Positions 8,771 to 17,587 of a DNA stretch of 64,000 nucleotides are shown piece by piece. The position numbers and the translations under genes are program-made. The DNA is from Candidatus Obscuribacterales bacterium (GTDB lineage: Bacteria; Cyanobacteriota; Vampirovibrionia; Obscuribacterales; Obscuribacteraceae), in assembly GCA_965228855.1 (NCBI GenBank), contig CBDDIJ010000002.1:2208001-2272000 (forward strand), given 5' to 3'. How positions within the stretch are numbered: the stretch's first letter is position 1; the number at the start of each line of letters is the position of its first letter. The notes beneath the pieces were generated by a model that saw nothing but the letters and a program-made list of their open reading frames with translations, did no database searches and was not told where the DNA came from.

Positions 8771-10070
8771 TTTGACTACTTTTCGGCTTTGTGGTCGACG
8801 ATTCGAGATACCCGTGCTTCTTTAGTTGCGCGAGGATTTCTTCATGAGCTACTTTCGTATTGGGAGTCTGACGCTTAAGCAGTTCTGACATTGCCAGGTC
8901 TTTCTGTCCGAGCAGCAGCAGGTCGGCTACGTATCCGATCAAATAACAATCCGGATTATGGGGCTCACTCGTAAACTGTGTCAGTGAAGCAGCTGCGTGC
9001 CTCTTGATCTGTGCCGGATACTCGCGCGTGCGTTCAACAAGCTTTCCTTGCTTATCGCTCCAACGCCAAAACTGAATTGGACCGCCGCTTCCGGATGTTA
9101 ACTTCGAATCCTTCTTCTTCCACAATGCCTTAGCAAGCTCGAAGTTTTGTGTGATGAATTCGATTTGACCATCATGCTCATGGTCCGCGAGGTGCGGCAT
9201 GACATTGCCCCATGCGTGAGTAGAGCATTTGAATTTTTTGCTGTCGGCATCGAAGTAAAAGATCATGTCGACATAACGCATATCATCCTGACCGTCATTA
9301 TCTTCCACTGCGACTCCGCAGCGCAATAGCACTTTGGGATTTCCTGTTTTGTCCAGGGATAGAATCACTGGACCGAAGCACTCCATCACGCGTCCGTTTT
9401 CTCGTTTCTCGTCAACTGAGACATCGACGGGACCGCTCCAGCCAACCTGGCCTTCGCGTTTAATTTCGAGTGTCCATTTGTCGCCGCCGCAGTTTAAATT
9501 GCCAAACTCGCATTTCCACTTGGCTGTTGCTGAGATTTCATCGGCTGTTGCGACGCGTATGGCCCGGATAGGTGGCTGCGGTTTCGAATCATCGGAAGCC
9601 GGACCATCGGCTGATGTCTGCTTCTTGTACTTTCCGCTTGATTTATCGAAATCGAAACTTTGATATTCTGGCTGCTTCGGAACAATCACATTAACTGTCA
9701 CCGTCGGTGGTGCTTTCAAATTTGCCGTGAGCCTGGGACCGGAAAAAAATTCAAAATCCGAAAATTTATGTTTGCAAACAACCTTGCCCTGTTTGGAGAT
9801 TTGCAGATTGGCATCATTCCGAATGTTTTGATTGACGCAGCCGTCAAGTGGAAATGCTGGCGCGTTTAGAACGACTTTTGCGTCAACTCCATCCAGCGAA
9901 GAAGAAAGTTCGGTTTGAACATTCGGGAACAAAAAGTTGTCTTTTGCATACCGAGTTAGATGCGCATAACCGCTCAGGGGCGGGCTCATCCAATACCCTT
10001 TGTTCTCTGCCGCTAGAGCCGGTGTGGTTAGCGTGAATGTCAGCAATAAGCTTATCGTCGTTCTTTTCAT
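8754..10070 (-). CDS. Secreted hypothetical protein
   Basis: 438 aa with signal peptide ending PALA; FG-GAP-like DxDG motifs (LDKTGNP, DHEHDGQIEF). Confidence 0.75.
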   Translation of the reverse strand: MKRTTISLLLTFTLTTPALAAENKGYWMSPPLSGYAHLTRYAKDNFLFPNVQTELSSSLDGVDAKVVLNAPAFPLDGCVNQNIRNDANLQISKQGKVVCKHKFSDFEFFSGPRLTANLKAPPTVTVNVIVPKQPEYQSFDFDKSSGKYKKQTSADGPASDDSKPQPPIRAIRVATADEISATAKWKCEFGNLNCGGDKWTLEIKREGQVGWSGPVDVSVDEKRENGRVMECFGPVILSLDKTGNPKVLLRCGVAVEDNDGQDDMRYVDMIFYFDADSKKFKCSTHAWGNVMPHLADHEHDGQIEFITQNFELAKALWKKKDSKLTSGSGGPIQFWRWSDKQGKLVERTREYPAQIKRHAAASLTQFTSEPHNPDCYLIGYVADLLLLGQKDLAMSELLKRQTPNTKVAHEEILAQLKKHGYLESSTTKPKSSQTKSSK

Positions 10071-10231
10071 GAATCGTATTGTATAGGTTTGCTCTCTGCT
10101 CGACGATAGCTTTCCTGCAATTAGGACAAATCACAGTTTAAGGTGTTGGGGCGAGCCCGTTCGTCAATTGAATGCGTGCCCGTCCCGCCGGCACCTGACT
10201 GGAGCGTATGACTATCCCGCTCCCTGTGAAC

Positions 10232-10263
10232 AAAAAACGGGCGGCTCTTTGAGCTGCCCGTTT
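10232..10263 (-). terminator. Intrinsic terminator downstream of the lysine-rich small ORF
   Basis: AAACGGGCGGCTC-TTT-GAGCTGCCCGTTT hairpin with T6 on the minus strand. Confidence 0.8.
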
Positions 10264-10281
10264 CGATAATGCGTCAGAAAC

Positions 10282-10392
10282 CTATCTGTTTTTAGCTTTC
10301 TCTTTTTTCTCAGCTTTGGCGGCTTTCTTTTCTTTGTCCGTCTTTGCCGGCTTCTTCTTCACTTCTTTTTTCTGATTTTGCTCTTTTCCCAT
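10282..10392 (-). CDS. 36-aa lysine-rich small protein (not in the ORF track)
   Basis: MGKEQNQKKEVKKKPAKTDKEKKAAKAEKKEKAKNR*; GAGGA RBS, upstream TATACT (10429-10424), own terminator. Confidence 0.8.
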   Translation of the reverse strand: MGKEQNQKKEVKKKPAKTDKEKKAAKAEKKEKAKNR

Positions 10393-10457
10393 GACCAATT
10401 CCTCGGATTTCACACTCTCTAAGAGTATAGAACACTGTTTCTGGTTTAGCACAAGGT

Positions 10458-12188
10458 TTATATCTTGCGATAGGCCCAGTATTTACGTTTTGAAGGAATA
10501 TCCAGGACTGACGGCTGGAACTGCCTGATGCCGCCAATCTCGATGTCCAGAGCCAGCCCGCCGCTATAAAAGTTGCGACGTGGCTGCAATGCCAGTTCTT
10601 TACCGTCCAGTTTTCTAAACATCTCAGTGAGCATGCTTTGAGCCTCCTCCGGCGGCGGCGCATTCGGGTCGACGACGGTCAATTGAGTTCCTAAATGACC
10701 TTTGCCGAGTGACAGGGCGGTTTGCTCGTCGCCGCCAAATTCGCGCAGTTCACACCAGTTGAGTGGCTTACCTGTTAGCGGTTGACCACCGTGCTTGCCA
10801 CCGCTTTCGGTGCCCAAGTGCTTGACGTTGTCGCGGAAAATAATAATTGGTGATAATCCCCCTTGAATTCTAGTATCTGACATCACAGAAACTTGAGAGT
10901 CTGACGTTACACCGATGGGGAACGGGTCTTTCTCTAGAACCCTGCGCGAAATTGTCCCGTCCTTTGCAAACTCATAAGCAAATTTTTCGAAGGGGCCCAT
11001 TTTGAACTGTGCATTTACCATGTCCAAAACCGCTCCCAATTTTGGCTGTAAGTGTCCGTTGCGAAGCCAATAATAGAAATGCTCTGAGAACTGATCGGCC
11101 GTGCCACCATCAGTTTCAGTCGCTGCCATTGTTGAGCCCTTATCTACTGGGAAGTCACCTCCTATGGCATCGAATGCGGTGACTTGCTGATCTTCGAAAT
11201 TGCTTTGTCGCATGAAGTCGCTCCACGAGAGCAGACCGGGAACTGGCGTTCCGGAGAAGCGAAGAGTCATGACGCCCTTAGGACCAATGTCTTCCATCGT
11301 GTACGGTTGAGCAAATGCGACGCATTTCATTCTGGATGCCGCGTCATTGCCTATCGCGAAAAAAGGCAAATACGGATTCTGACGAGCTACCTCACATTCA
11401 ATTTTCACGATTGAGTTAATATGTTTTCCGTCTGCTGGTTGGAATTCGGAATGACTCACCAGGCGAGAAGAAGGACCTAAGCCGGCGAAAGTAAACGACC
11501 TGTTGTTCGCCCGGACATCAATAAAGGGACGGTAATTTCCTGACTGTTCCTCTTCCTTTTTTACTTGCGAAAACTCCGCCGGCCGCGGCGTTGCAACAGT
11601 TGTCGTTCCTCCTCCTTTTAGCCATCCGCTCGTTAGCTTTACCGATTCAAGTCTGACATTTGCGGGAAGGTGGGCTCTTAAAAAGTCCTCCACATCCTTG
11701 ACTGGTCGGACTTCTGTTCCCTGGATGTCCAGGTACTTACCGCTTTCTCCTGCCAGCGATTCTTTGAGTGTGACATTGAGTTCTGCGATTGTCATTTCGA
11801 GTGAAGCGCGATCTCGGTCAGTCAGCTCTTGCATTTTTCGATTAGCAAGTTCGTTCGCGATAATTGTGTTTTGCCGAATCGTTCCGACGAGAGTGTTAAT
11901 GCCGGTTACTGGAAGCGGCTCTCCATCCCGCGCTCGCGTTGCTTTGCCGATGGGTGGATAGTTGGATAGCGAGACCCAACCGAAGGTCGGATCGCTAAAA
12001 ATGATTCGCGATATGTCGTTTGCGGCGACCAGCCCAGCCGCGTCAACAGCTGTTTGTACACGCTCTCTGTCCATAACATAAAAGCCTGTTTGGCTAAACA
12101 CCAGGAGTAGCGGCACCACTATCATGCAGGTGACTACCAGTATTAATGCGAGAACGTGTCCTTTGCTACTTCTTTTACATCGAGCCAT
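10458..12188 (-). CDS. Tad/Flp TadG-like pseudopilin with large uncharacterised C-terminal region
   Basis: Basic leader RSSKG, hydrophobic helix, then RERVQTAVDAAGLVAA (Tad-domain Q.AADAAALA pattern). Confidence 0.7.
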   Translation of the reverse strand: MARCKRSSKGHVLALILVVTCMIVVPLLLVFSQTGFYVMDRERVQTAVDAAGLVAANDISRIIFSDPTFGWVSLSNYPPIGKATRARDGEPLPVTGINTLVGTIRQNTIIANELANRKMQELTDRDRASLEMTIAELNVTLKESLAGESGKYLDIQGTEVRPVKDVEDFLRAHLPANVRLESVKLTSGWLKGGGTTTVATPRPAEFSQVKKEEEQSGNYRPFIDVRANNRSFTFAGLGPSSRLVSHSEFQPADGKHINSIVKIECEVARQNPYLPFFAIGNDAASRMKCVAFAQPYTMEDIGPKGVMTLRFSGTPVPGLLSWSDFMRQSNFEDQQVTAFDAIGGDFPVDKGSTMAATETDGGTADQFSEHFYYWLRNGHLQPKLGAVLDMVNAQFKMGPFEKFAYEFAKDGTISRRVLEKDPFPIGVTSDSQVSVMSDTRIQGGLSPIIIFRDNVKHLGTESGGKHGGQPLTGKPLNWCELREFGGDEQTALSLGKGHLGTQLTVVDPNAPPPEEAQSMLTEMFRKLDGKELALQPRRNFYSGGLALDIEIGGIRQFQPSVLDIPSKRKYWAYRKI

Positions 12189-12278
12189 GGTTTTGCCTTT
12201 CAAGATTATTACTTCGAATCGAACCGGAGGTACCCGCTGCGCTGCAAACACAACGCAGCGGTCCTCTTTCCCTACCGG

Positions 12279-13622
12279 TTAATAAACCCATCCTGTGCGC
12301 TTGCCGCCTCTCTTTACCGATCCTCTTCCAGGCTTCGGATTAGCTTTGGGCGGTGTTCCACCTGTGGCAGCAGGAGCTGGTGCCGGAGCTGGTGCCGGCG
12401 CTGGAGCTGGAGCCGGAGCTGGAGCTGGTGCTGGAGCCGGGGCAGGCGCTGCCGCCGGAGCTGGAGCCGGAGCTGGTGCCGGAGCTGCCACTGGAGCTGG
12501 TGCTGGCGCTGGAGCTGGAGCCGCCGCCGGGGCGGCACCACCACCGGTGCCACTCTTGTTCAAGTTTTGAATCAACGTAGTCATCTGGGGCTTGTCAACG
12601 CCATTTGCTGGTTCGCATGAAAACATGTAATCGTGCCACCATGGACCAGCAGCCCAATACGAATAGCCTGCCCATTGAGCGGAATTCGTATGCATGTACT
12701 GCAGCATCGCTGCCAGCGAGGCATTTGCTCCGGCATCTTGAGTGACACCAATCTCGGTGAGCATTGCTGTGCGATTGTTTTGTTTCAACCATGCGGTGAA
12801 ACCGCTAAGAGTTGCAACTGCGTCCGTCGGGTTCAAGTAGTCGGTGTGAGAACCTGAACCGTCGTAATCCAGGTATTGATGCACATCGTACGAGAAGTTA
12901 TTCAATGGATCGGTTATGTTGATCATTGCCGCAGCATTGCCGTTATTCACGAAATCTTTCGGATGCATCCAGTACGTCGATGGAACCAAAATCAAATTGG
13001 TCGCGCCAGTAGCTCGAATCGCATTAATGGCAGCCTGTGAAGATGCGCACCATGTTGTTGGTGTCATCGATCCACCAACCGGTTCGTTCATGAGTCCGAA
13101 AATTACCTTGGAATTGGTTTTATAAATGTTCGCAAGTCGTGTCCACACGTCAGCGAAGACCGAGTTGTCGACTCCGCCCGAGACGCCGATAGTCGTGTTT
13201 TTATACGCACCATAGTTGTGGATGTCGATAATCACAGACATCCCTTTGTTGGACATTTTTGTTATTACCGAATCCAATCTATTAAAATAACCGGTATCAA
13301 AGTCGCCTTTAGCGTTGGGCTGCAGGCGTTCCCACAAGATCGGAACACGTATGCATTCCATTCCCTTAGAAGAGAAATAATCGATCTCGCTATCAGTTGG
13401 AAAAATGTAGTGCGTTCCGTTGGTGCCTGGAACCGTTCCTGGAGTGAACTCTGCGCCCGCGATGTTTACTCCTTCGTAAATCATGCCCGAGGGACCGACT
13501 GCATGAGCCGGCGCTACAGACGAACAAACAAATAAAGTCAGTACCGCTATGGATAGCGCGTGGATTCGCTTGCAGCGAACCCGCGACGGCACTAGCCTGC
13601 GCCAACAGTTTATTCGAAACAT
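12279..13622 (-). CDS. Secreted glycoside hydrolase family 5 endoglucanase with Pro-Ala tail
   Basis: GVNIAGAEF, RVPILWERLQP, IDIHNY, GLMNEP (acid/base), DVHQYLD, LTEIG (nucleophile), YWAAGPWW; signal peptide ending AHA; GGAGG RBS. Confidence 0.92.
   Translation of the reverse strand: MFRINCWRRLVPSRVRCKRIHALSIAVLTLFVCSSVAPAHAVGPSGMIYEGVNIAGAEFTPGTVPGTNGTHYIFPTDSEIDYFSSKGMECIRVPILWERLQPNAKGDFDTGYFNRLDSVITKMSNKGMSVIIDIHNYGAYKNTTIGVSGGVDNSVFADVWTRLANIYKTNSKVIFGLMNEPVGGSMTPTTWCASSQAAINAIRATGATNLILVPSTYWMHPKDFVNNGNAAAMINITDPLNNFSYDVHQYLDYDGSGSHTDYLNPTDAVATLSGFTAWLKQNNRTAMLTEIGVTQDAGANASLAAMLQYMHTNSAQWAGYSYWAAGPWWHDYMFSCEPANGVDKPQMTTLIQNLNKSGTGGGAAPAAAPAPAPAPAPVAAPAPAPAPAPAAAPAPAPAPAPAPAPAPAPAPAPAPAPAATGGTPPKANPKPGRGSVKRGGKRTGWVY
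12367..12537. repeat. Coding hexamer tandem repeat encoding (Ala-Pro)n
   Basis: Runs of GGAGCT/GGTGCC/GGCGCT hexamers on the plus strand. Confidence 0.9.
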
Positions 13623-14049
13623 ATATTCCCTCCAGGAGCTAACAGAGCCGTTCATCTGAAACTGAACTGCGATACGATTTCTACGCACTAGAAGTCAGAT
13701 GAATCGTGTTAGCGATCCACGTTAGTAAGCAACATTTCCAGGAGGTTACTTAAGTTACGCCCTCGAAGTATTGGCCGGTAACGGTTCTGAGTTTCTTTTT
13801 TCGTAGCTGTTCTGAGTTATTTTTTGACGGCTTTTCATCCCTCAATGTAGTGATCCGCCCGATGTAGATTTTCAAAACTGCCCGTCCGAAGGGTTTTTGA
13901 AATGCACTGCATCGACTTCACCATCATTGCGCGTGAAGGAATAAGGGAGCCGTCAAAATTTGCCCGCCAATTGTTAGAAGGGTGTAAGATGGTCTCTAGT
14001 GAAGGGTTTTGGCTTCAAATTTCCGTAACGCAGCTGGACGTATGGAAGA

Positions 14050-15306
14050 TCAATGCGCGGGCAGATGTTCCGTTGAGTTTAACGCCGCTACTAAATCGTC
14101 GAGCATTCCCTGAATTTTGCTTTGCAATTTTTCAGTAACTTTATGGCGAACAGAGTGCGCATCTTCCAAATATTCGTCGACGTAAATGCCGAGGTCTACA
14201 GGCTCCGCGAGTTTTACGAAAACTCTGCGGTCTGTCAATTGCTCCGGTCGTTTGATTCGATAAAGTTCCCGCTCAAGTTTCAAAACCACTTCCGCCAATC
14301 GATCATTCGATGGGGTCGACTCATAGTAATGTGGATGCCAACTTGCAAGCTGAGCCACTTCCCGCAATGTTTCGATGTCGTCTTGGAGCGCAGCTTTCTC
14401 TTTAATGTCTGTTTGTTCAGCCAATGATTCGCGCAGTTCTGCGCCAAGCTTCCACGATTCGTCAATGGCGCGACGATTGTCCGGAAGCGGTTGTGAGCCG
14501 TGTTTGACTTCCACATTGGAGAGAATTGCGCGTCGCGCTGCTCTGATCTCATCCTCTAAATCTGAAACCGAATTTTCATCTAATGTGATACCATGCGCGG
14601 CTTCCTGCTTTTTGAGCAAGTTTTGTTGAATCGCTAAAATCCGCCTTGGTAGCGACGCTTCACCTGGTGGCATCTTGAGCTGCTGCTCCATTCTGGCAAT
14701 GCGTTTTTCTAAAATCATCTCGATGGGTTTTTCGTGGTGATACTTAATTGCCATCGGTAGAATGTACGCTGTCCAGTTCGGATTGTCCTTTCTGTTCTCG
14801 ATAATCGCCTGGATGCCGATATCTATTGCTCCGCTGTGAAACGGTTGTACGACATCATTCATGTAAAAAATTTCGCCTTCCGGAAACACGACGAGAATAT
14901 CTGTGCCGCGTTTCATTACCTCAATTGCAAAGCCTTTTGCTGGAGCATCATGTGCGCCACGTTCGACAGAGAAATGACCGAGCCGTTGCAGAGCCCATCC
15001 CGCAAGTCCGAAGTTTTCGTCAAACGCTTCGCGATTGCACATTGAAATAAACCGCTTGCCTGACCGGCGCGACAACTCGATGACGACGCGCGGGTCGGTT
15101 TCGTCCGCGTGATTTGATGTCAAAACAACTCCGGCTCCCGGCGGCAGTTGTCGAAGGATTTCGATTTCTGTTTTTTGAACTTCGACTTTGTTTTTTAGCG
15201 ATAGCTGCGCGCGCACAACTTCCTGAGCGGTTTTGATAAGCCAATCCGCAGGGCGGGCTGGAATGAAGGGACGTTTGGGGCGCTTTGATGGCTGGGGCGT
15301 GTTCAT
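14050..15306 (-). CDS. PlsC-superfamily acyltransferase, long form
   Basis: NHADETD (HX4D), FSVERG, FPEGE motifs. Confidence 0.85.
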   Translation of the reverse strand: MNTPQPSKRPKRPFIPARPADWLIKTAQEVVRAQLSLKNKVEVQKTEIEILRQLPPGAGVVLTSNHADETDPRVVIELSRRSGKRFISMCNREAFDENFGLAGWALQRLGHFSVERGAHDAPAKGFAIEVMKRGTDILVVFPEGEIFYMNDVVQPFHSGAIDIGIQAIIENRKDNPNWTAYILPMAIKYHHEKPIEMILEKRIARMEQQLKMPPGEASLPRRILAIQQNLLKKQEAAHGITLDENSVSDLEDEIRAARRAILSNVEVKHGSQPLPDNRRAIDESWKLGAELRESLAEQTDIKEKAALQDDIETLREVAQLASWHPHYYESTPSNDRLAEVVLKLERELYRIKRPEQLTDRRVFVKLAEPVDLGIYVDEYLEDAHSVRHKVTEKLQSKIQGMLDDLVAALNSTEHLPAH

Positions 15307-15428
15307 GCTGGCATTGTAGCGAATGCGCGCCACGAAAGGAAACAGTGCAAAAGCAAGGTTGAGCACAGTTCGCCGTAGATAGGCAACTTGCATTCGCCGA
15401 AGATTTAAACCGCAAACGCCTTGCAGCG

Positions 15429-15481
15429 TGGGAATATTCCCATGTTTTGATATTGACGATTGTATCTGTGGGACTTACATT
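15429..15481 (+). promoter_or_regulatory. Sigma70 promoter with upstream perfect palindrome
   Basis: TGGGAATATTCCCA (15429-15442) then TTGACG-17-TACATT (15453-15481). Confidence 0.55.
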
Positions 15482-15591
15482 AGACACAACCACTCTATGT
15501 ATCCCCGAACTTACATCGCCAGGCAATTCCGCGCCTGTCATGTATTTTCCATGCCTAAATTGTTGTTGCTCATCCATTAGAGATTCCGCCT

Positions 15592-16863
15592 GTGGTAACT
15601 AGATTTGAACTACCTTCTATAAAGGAAGGCTCCGACGTTGGAGCCCATGCGGCGCTTAGCAGTGGTCTGTTTGACAAACCTGCAGTCAGTGACGCGACCC
15701 CGCCGCTCACGGTACCGGCAAGTATCTATCCGGAGGCGCCAGTAGCGACGGCTTCGCCAATGGCCTTCGCCGGAGCCGATTGGAGCGTCGTCAAGCCCCA
15801 GCTGGACGGTGCTACCGCTATAAACTACTCTACCGCTTCGGAGAATGCCGCAGCAGGCGTGGAGCCCGACTACATTCTTGGAACGGACGGACAGATGCGA
15901 CCGAATCCGAAGAAGACCGCGCCGAACCCTGATGGCAGCATCAATATACAGATGGAAGGGAATGGTCAGCAGGGGAATCAGGATAAGATCGAAGCACTCA
16001 AGAGTGCCAGCGAAAATCAGAAAGCATCTATTCGTGAGATGATTCGCTATTTTCAGAAGAATAACCCGAACGCCTCGGTACCGACGGAATGGCTCTGGCA
16101 GTTGGATAAGCAGCCCGACCTGCCGACACCGTCTTCGAGCAGACCTGACACACCGGCTCCCACTCCGCGTTCGCAGCCACAACCGGAAAGTCAGCCACAA
16201 CAAGACTTCTCGCCCAGACGCAGCAGCGCTCCGTCTTCGCCGGGCGGATATCGAGGTCCAGGCGGTGGAATGTCGCCCGGAGCTTCTCGTCGCGGTGGTG
16301 ACAGCACTCCGAGCTATTCCGATAGACCGGCGCGTCAGCCGATGTTCCACACTGGCAGAGGCGATGTGCCTCCCCCTATTGCCGGCGACCTCGAGTTGAA
16401 GGGACCGCCCACAATCACTCCTGAGAAGATCGATCAGGTCCTCAAGTCTTTCAATTCTCCAGCGAGCGGACTCGGCCAGGTTATCTATGATGAGGGCGTC
16501 AAACGTGGCATCAACCCCGCGGTTGCATTGGCTTTCTTCGTACAAGAATCCAGTGCCGGCACCAAAGGTGTCGCGGCTGAGACTAACAGTTGGGGCAATA
16601 TTAAGGGTGACGGACCGGCAGGCTCGTACAAAGGTTTCCGCGCCTACAATAACTTTGAAGAAGGTGTGAAAGACTGGTATCGCCTGATAGACGACAAGTA
16701 TCTCGCTCCTCAGAGTGAGGGAGGTCGCGGTTTTAGCACCCTTTCTCAGGTCATCAGCAAATACGCTCCCGGCAGCGACAATAATGACGAACGTGGTTAC
16801 GTAGCCAACGTCAAGGGCATGGTCGAAGGCTGGTCCAAAGATTCAAAACCGGCTAACGGCTAA
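15592..16863 (+). CDS. Glucosaminidase (GH73-like) murein hydrolase with long disordered N-terminus
   Basis: C-terminal GINPAVALAFFVQESSAG, NSWGNIK, FRAYNNFEEGVKDW, ISKYAP..DNN...Y. Confidence 0.8.
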   Translation: MVTRFELPSIKEGSDVGAHAALSSGLFDKPAVSDATPPLTVPASIYPEAPVATASPMAFAGADWSVVKPQLDGATAINYSTASENAAAGVEPDYILGTDGQMRPNPKKTAPNPDGSINIQMEGNGQQGNQDKIEALKSASENQKASIREMIRYFQKNNPNASVPTEWLWQLDKQPDLPTPSSSRPDTPAPTPRSQPQPESQPQQDFSPRRSSAPSSPGGYRGPGGGMSPGASRRGGDSTPSYSDRPARQPMFHTGRGDVPPPIAGDLELKGPPTITPEKIDQVLKSFNSPASGLGQVIYDEGVKRGINPAVALAFFVQESSAGTKGVAAETNSWGNIKGDGPAGSYKGFRAYNNFEEGVKDWYRLIDDKYLAPQSEGGRGFSTLSQVISKYAPGSDNNDERGYVANVKGMVEGWSKDSKPANG

Positions 16864-17554
16864 GCTTCCGCCCATTCCAAGCCGTTCGGTAATTCGGCGC
16901 AATTGTATTCGAGGTGCAAAACCCGACGATGATCAGGTGATTCTGCTTTTGAAGAGGCGTGCAGAATAAGCGGTTTCATTGCGATTATGTCGCCGCGTTC
17001 CGCGGGGCAAAGCATCATTTCTCGTTCTGCTTTCATCTTTTCAATAGCGTCCGGCTCTAGCTTTCCGACGGAATGGGAACCGGGTATGAATTTAATGGCA
17101 CCATTCTCGATGGCACATGGGTCCAGATGAATGCGCAACGAAACCATCCGCTCAAGAATTTCTGAAGCGGTTGAACGTGTATGACGCCTTCTTTTACAGA
17201 CCACGGACCGTATCCTTCGGTTTTTACTTTCTTACGAACAGGAATGCTCAGGTCTTGATGCCAGGTCACGTACCAATTCGACTGAGGTGTTTTATCGAAA
17301 AGGATTCCGCGCACGACGGTCGGTTTGCCGTTAAGCAGTTGCGCTGCGATTTCAGCCGCAAGCCCTAGTGTAGCGAACTCATTGATTGTCTTGCTTTGCG
17401 ACAGCAGGTTTCTGAGCCCGGCCTGTGCTTGCTCTTTCCGAACAGCTTCCACCGCAGAGACAAGCATCTGAATCTGTTCCGCAGGAACGGCTCTCTTCAA
17501 AACAGCGAAGCCGTTTCGTTCTAAGCTGGTGAGTGTAGTTGTTGCGTTTTGCAC
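16860..17554 (-). pseudogene. PhyH-family Fe(II)/2OG dioxygenase split by a single-base frameshift near 17167-17170
   Basis: WHQD in ORF 17057-17554; RIHLD, PGSH, LILHASS, RRVLHLEY in ORF 16860-17204; span 695 bp is one base short of a whole number of codons. Confidence 0.8.
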
Positions 17555-17587
17555 TCGCTAATTTTAGCACTCCCAATTCTGCGCTAA

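Noticed and set aside
12156..12620. Gly-Ala and Trp/Arg/Ser-rich ORFs on the plus strand
   Set aside because: Alternative readings of the Ala-Pro hexamer repeat in the GH5 gene.
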